In this document: piece after piece, positions 59,665 to 64,000 of the stretch
Numbering within the stretch: position 1 is the stretch's first letter
Layout of the letters: every line of letters begins with the position of its first letter
NCBI GenBank assembly: GCA_963589825.1
Contig: CAVAMP010000007.1
Span: forward strand, 26 to 64,025
Source: Flexilinea sp.
GTDB lineage: Bacteria; Bacteroidota; Bacteroidia; Bacteroidales; UBA932
Direction of reading: 5' to 3'
DNA: 64,000 bases
Translations under genes and position numbers: made by a program
Notes under the pieces: model-generated
Told to the model about the DNA's origin: nothing
Database searches by the model: none
What the model saw: only the letters and a program-made list of their open reading frames with translations

Positions 59665-62568
59665 ATGAAAAAGTTTCTACTCATTGCAGCGACTCTTCTT
59701 GTCGCACTCGTCACTTCCTGCACAGGCGGAAAGTATGAGACCGTAAAGGGTGACCCGTCACACACCCGCATCTACACGCTTGACAATGGCCTCAAGGTCT
59801 ATATGAGCGTTAACAAGAAAACCCCACGCATCCAGACCTACATCGCTGTGAAGGTGGGAGGAAAGAACGACCCGGCTGAGACTACCGGACTTGCCCACTA
59901 CTTCGAGCACCTTATGTTCAAGGGCACCGAGACCTTCGGAACCAGCGACTATGCGGCCGAGAAACCTATGCTCGACGAGATTGAGAGCCTGTTCGAGACT
60001 TATCGCGCAACGACAGACGAGGCCACCAGGGCTCAGATCTACCACCGCATCGACTCCATCAGCTACGAGGCTTCCAAACTTGCCATTCCTAACGAGTACG
60101 ACAAACTTATGTCGGTAATCGGCGCTGACGGCACCAACGCTTTCACCTCGAACGACGAAACCGTCTATGTGGAGAACATCCCTTCCAACCAGATTGAAAA
60201 CTGGGCGAAGGTGCAGGCAGACCGCTTCCAGCACCCTGTAATCAGAGGATTCCACACCGAGCTTGAGACCATCTATGAGGAGAAGAATATGTCCCTCACC
60301 CAGGACAACCGGAAGATGTGGGAAGGCGTGCTGAGCGCACTCTATCCTCACCATCCGTATGGAACCCAGACCGTTCTCGGAACTCAGGAACACCTTAAGA
60401 ATCCGTCAATTACGAATGTGAAGGCCTACCACAAGACCTGGTATGTTCCGAACAATATGGCAGTCTGCGTAAGCGGCGACTTCGACCCGGACGAGATGAT
60501 TTCAATCATCGAGAAATACTTCGGAGGAATGCAGCCGAACCCTGAACTTCCAAAGCTCAGTTTCGAGCCTGAAACCCCTATCACAGAGCCTGTCGTGAAG
60601 GATGTCTACGGCCTTGAGAGCGAGTATGTTTACCTCGCTTGGAGGCTTCCTGCAGCGGCCGACAAGTCAAATGACGTCGCCGACATCGCTTCCTCAATCA
60701 TCTACAACGGCAAGGCCGGCCTCATCGACCTCGACGTGAACCAGCAGCAGAAGCTTCTTATGGGCGCCGCATTCGACAGCAATATGGCCGACTACGGAAT
60801 GTTCATCGCCATCGGCTATCCTAAGCAGGGCCAGAGCCTTGAACAGGTGAAGGAAATCCTTCTCGGGGAGGTTGCGAAACTTCGCAGCGGAGACTTCGAC
60901 GAGGACCTTATCGAGGCTTCCATCAACAACTACAAGAAGGACTATATGGCAGGTCTTGAGGACATCAACACCACCGCCATGAACTATGTCAACGCCTTCA
61001 TCGAGGGTGAGGACTGGGCAGACTGCGTCGGAAAAATCGACCGCTGCTCTAAGGTCACCAAGGCTGACGTCGTCGAGTGGGCCAACAAATACCTCGGAGA
61101 GAACAGCTACGTCGTTCTCAACAAGAGGCAGGGCGTGGATGGCAGCGTGAAGAAGGTTTCCGCTCCTAAGATCACCCCTATCGTGACCAACCGCGACAAG
61201 CAGTCAGATTTCCTCGCAGAGATTCAGAACACTCCGGTGAAGCCTATCGAACCTGTGTTCGTGAACTTCAAGAAGGAAATGTCCACGTTCACCGCGGCTC
61301 CTGGAGTCGAGGTCCTCTACAAGCAGAACGCTGACAACGACCTCTTCGACCTCGAGTATGTGTTCGACATCAACAACGAGCAGGACCCTGAGCTTGCAAT
61401 CGCCCTGGACTACCTCTCATACCTCGGAACGGCCACCAAGAGCCACGACGAGATTGCTACTGAGCTCTATGAACTCGCTTCCGACTACAGTTGCTTCTGC
61501 GGTTCTTCAAGGACATATATAACTATGAACGGCCTCGGCGAGTCAATGGATGACGTGATGGAGATTGTCGAGGACCTCATCCTCAACGCAAAGGGCGACG
61601 AGCAGATTCTCACCGCACTCAAGGCCGACATCATCAAGAGCCGCGCCGACAACAAGCTCAGCCAGAGGGCCTGCTTCAGCGCCCTCAGGAGGTATGTCGC
61701 AATGGGCGGAGAGGCAATCGCAAAGAAGACCCTCACCAACGAGCAGGTTCTCTCTCTCACTTCTGACGAACTTCTCGCAAAGGTCCGCGGCCTTTTCGAC
61801 AAGCAGCACGAGGTCATCTACTACGGCCCCGCTTCTGAGAAGCAGCTTAAAAAGGAACTCGCTGAAAATCACATCGTGAGCGGAAAGACTCTTGAAGCAA
61901 CCACTCTCGAGTGGCCTGAGTACATCTCCACCGACGGGAACAGCGTAGTGCTCGCTCAGTACGACGCAAAGCAGCTCTACTACAGCCAGTTCTCCTGCGA
62001 CGACCGCGCTCTCGACCCTTCAGCCGAGGCAGGCATCCGCCTCTACAACAGCTACTTCGGCGGCGGAATGAACACAATCGTGTTCCAGGAGATGAGGGAG
62101 GCGAGAAGCCTTGCATACTCCGCGTGGGCATCTCTCAGCACTCCGTTCTACAAGAGCGGCAAGTATTCCTACAACGCCTTCATCGCCACCCAGAACGACA
62201 AGATGCGCCAGGCCATCGAAGCCTTCGACGACATCATCAACAATATGCCGGAGTCTGAGGCCGCATTCGAAATCGCTAAGGAGTCTCTCATCACATCTCT
62301 CCGCACTTCCCGCACAGTGGGCGAGGCGGTGCTCCAGAGCTACATCGACTGCAGGGATATGGGCCTGGACGAGCCTCTTGACCGCCAGGTTTTCGAGGCC
62401 GTTCAGAATATGACTCTCGAGGACGTGAAAGCAGTTCAGCAGCAGTGGGTCAAGGACCGCAAGTACACCTACGCCATCCTCGGCGACATCAAGGACCTGG
62501 ACACCAAGTACCTCGGCACCCTCGGACCGGTGAAGACCGTATCGCTTGAAGAAATTTTTGGATATTAA
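59665..62568 (+). CDS. M16 (insulinase-family) zinc peptidase lipoprotein
   Basis: Lipobox VTSC, TGLAHYFEHLMFKGT (HxxEH), NAFTS, EMREARSLAYS; start ATG 59665. Confidence 0.94.
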   Translation: MKKFLLIAATLLVALVTSCTGGKYETVKGDPSHTRIYTLDNGLKVYMSVNKKTPRIQTYIAVKVGGKNDPAETTGLAHYFEHLMFKGTETFGTSDYAAEKPMLDEIESLFETYRATTDEATRAQIYHRIDSISYEASKLAIPNEYDKLMSVIGADGTNAFTSNDETVYVENIPSNQIENWAKVQADRFQHPVIRGFHTELETIYEEKNMSLTQDNRKMWEGVLSALYPHHPYGTQTVLGTQEHLKNPSITNVKAYHKTWYVPNNMAVCVSGDFDPDEMISIIEKYFGGMQPNPELPKLSFEPETPITEPVVKDVYGLESEYVYLAWRLPAAADKSNDVADIASSIIYNGKAGLIDLDVNQQQKLLMGAAFDSNMADYGMFIAIGYPKQGQSLEQVKEILLGEVAKLRSGDFDEDLIEASINNYKKDYMAGLEDINTTAMNYVNAFIEGEDWADCVGKIDRCSKVTKADVVEWANKYLGENSYVVLNKRQGVDGSVKKVSAPKITPIVTNRDKQSDFLAEIQNTPVKPIEPVFVNFKKEMSTFTAAPGVEVLYKQNADNDLFDLEYVFDINNEQDPELAIALDYLSYLGTATKSHDEIATELYELASDYSCFCGSSRTYITMNGLGESMDDVMEIVEDLILNAKGDEQILTALKADIIKSRADNKLSQRACFSALRRYVAMGGEAIAKKTLTNEQVLSLTSDELLAKVRGLFDKQHEVIYYGPASEKQLKKELAENHIVSGKTLEATTLEWPEYISTDGNSVVLAQYDAKQLYYSQFSCDDRALDPSAEAGIRLYNSYFGGGMNTIVFQEMREARSLAYSAWASLSTPFYKSGKYSYNAFIATQNDKMRQAIEAFDDIINNMPESEAAFEIAKESLITSLRTSRTVGEAVLQSYIDCRDMGLDEPLDRQVFEAVQNMTLEDVKAVQQQWVKDRKYTYAILGDIKDLDTKYLGTLGPVKTVSLEEIFGY

Positions 62569-62605
62569 ACTTCAACTCCTGCTCTTAAGCATTACTTTTA
62601 AAATT

Positions 62606-62632
62606 GCCTTCCGCGTTGCGGGAGGCTTTTTT
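62606..62632 (+). terminator. Intrinsic terminator after the M16 peptidase gene
   Basis: GCCTTCCGC-GTT-GCGGGAGGC-TTTTTT. Confidence 0.8.
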
Positions 62633-62761
62633 GTATATAGAGTGGAGGTGAGCGAATAAACCTGAGAAAGTGCGGATTGTCTTATTATGAATTGCATTAT
62701 TTTTGCTAAATTCGGCGAACTTTTTTGTGCAGTTTGATTTTTAGATGACGGGACTTTGGGG

Positions 62762-63718
62762 ATGTGTCGTTCAACTCGATATTTCAGCCTCCTTTTGACG
62801 GTGGCGGTGCTGCTCCGCTTCTCCTTCGCTCTCAAGGCTCAAGGAAACGGAGAAAGGGGCGGCGTTTACGGGATTGACCGCTGGGCCTTCCGGGTGAACG
62901 CCCTGGAACTTCTCTGCACCGTGCCTAATGTCGGGGTGGACTTTGACCTCAGCTCTTCGCCCTACAACCGTCTTTCTCTCGGAATTTCTGCAAAATACAA
63001 CTGGAACACCTATCACAGCCTCGCTCCCTCCTGCGTTTTCAATATGCTGGAAGTGCGTCCGGAACTTCGCTACTGGTACAACCCCAAGAAAAAGGACGAC
63101 GGCGCGGACGCTTCCGGAAAGACTTCCCGCCAGTTCACCTATTTCACCGGAGGATATCTCTCATCGGGCTCATATTCCATAAAACCCGGCACCTACGGAA
63201 TCCAGGGGCCGCTTTTCAGCCTCGGTGCAATTTGGGGCTTCGATTTCCCGATGTATTCCTACCGCCATTTCGCCCTTGATTTCGAACTCGGGCTCGCGGC
63301 GGGGCTCGCGCTAACAAAATATGATGTTTTCACCCTGAACCGCAGCGGCTCGGACTATGTCGTCGTTCCCGAAAAATCGAAGGGGATGCACCTCTGCCCG
63401 TACCCGGTCCTGACCGAGGTTAAGGCCTGCTTCGTGTTCAGGACGCTGTCCGTTAAGGACAAATATAAGAAGGTGGACGCCCAGAAGATGATCCAAAAGC
63501 AGGAGCAGGCTGAGCAGCGCCGCATCGAGGCGGAGCAGAAAGCCGCCCAGAAGGCGCAGCTGAAGGAGCAGAAGGCTCAGGAAAGAACAAACCGGAAGGA
63601 GCAGAGGGCTCAGCAGAGGGAGACCAGGAAGGAGCAAAGGGCTGAGCAGCAGAAACTTAAAAAGGAGCAGCGGGCTCTGAAGGCGGCCGATAGGGCTGCA
63701 AAAAGGAGGGCGGAATGA
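62762..63718 (+). CDS. DUF3575-like outer-membrane beta-barrel protein with a charged repetitive C-terminal tail
   Basis: WAFRVNAL...PNVGVDF, RPELRYW, DFELGLAAG; tail of KEQ(K/R)A repeats; start uncertain. Confidence 0.7.
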   Translation: MCRSTRYFSLLLTVAVLLRFSFALKAQGNGERGGVYGIDRWAFRVNALELLCTVPNVGVDFDLSSSPYNRLSLGISAKYNWNTYHSLAPSCVFNMLEVRPELRYWYNPKKKDDGADASGKTSRQFTYFTGGYLSSGSYSIKPGTYGIQGPLFSLGAIWGFDFPMYSYRHFALDFELGLAAGLALTKYDVFTLNRSGSDYVVVPEKSKGMHLCPYPVLTEVKACFVFRTLSVKDKYKKVDAQKMIQKQEQAEQRRIEAEQKAAQKAQLKEQKAQERTNRKEQRAQQRETRKEQRAEQQKLKKEQRALKAADRAAKRRAE

Positions 63719-64000
63719 AAAAGAGAGTTCTTTCAATAATCGCCCCGGTGCTCATAGCCATTTTTGCGCTCTCTTCCTGCATCCGGATTTCGCTCCAGAG
63801 CACGGACAGCACTGCTGACGAGGCACCTGTCTCATTCAAGATAGACTGGAACGGCATTGATGCCCCATCCCGCCCTGATTCTGTAAAAATCGCTATGAAT
63901 CAGACGCTTGACGCCGTGCGATATTTCTACTCCGTTGACTCCGAGGGCGCATTCCCTGACACGACGGCGCGGATGGCCTCGTTCGGAAACTATCTTATCC
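63715..64000 (+). CDS. Lipoprotein, partial (possibly DUF5119/fimbrial accessory), not in the ORF track
   Basis: ATGA overlap with the previous stop; MKKRVLSIIAPVLIAIFALSSC signal, VSFKIDW..P; open to the window end. Confidence 0.7.
   Translation, partial: MKKRVLSIIAPVLIAIFALSSCIRISLQSTDSTADEAPVSFKIDWNGIDAPSRPDSVKIAMNQTLDAVRYFYSVDSEGAFPDTTARMASFGNYLI

Overview
Chromosomal window from a Bacteroidales bacterium, judged from many TAnnTTTG promoter motifs, a SusC/SusD pair and a Bacteroides-type ArgF'. In order it holds: an 11-bp tandem repeat; an arginine/carbamoyl-phosphate cluster (argC, argD, argF', argB, argE, argH, carA, carB); and a type II-C CRISPR-Cas9 island. The island has an ORF6N remnant fused to the array end, 25 full plus 1 truncated 47-bp repeats with 25 spacers, a leader with an IHF site and a degenerate repeat, a PIN toxin-antitoxin pair between cas2 and the leader, cas2-cas1-cas9, a divergent tracrRNA, and an AAA+/DUF4143-like gene preceded by 33-bp repeats. 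Next come an alpha-2-macroglobulin and folC, then a ~20-kb SusC/D utilisation locus. That locus has no recognisable glycoside hydrolase but has two phosphoesterases, an SGNH esterase, NagA/NagB-like enzymes, an MFS permease, an XylR-type regulator and four paralogous surface lipoproteins. The rest is SulP, nadD, gmk, fba, a PiT transporter with a PhoB/PhoR-like pair, a lipoprotein, tRNA-Gly(CCC), an M16 peptidase and the start of a DUF3575/fimbrial-like locus. Three families of dispersed intergenic elements recur; the most striking is a ~120-bp covarying multi-stem element directly after three stop codons. All calls come from reading motifs by eye; no database searches were run.
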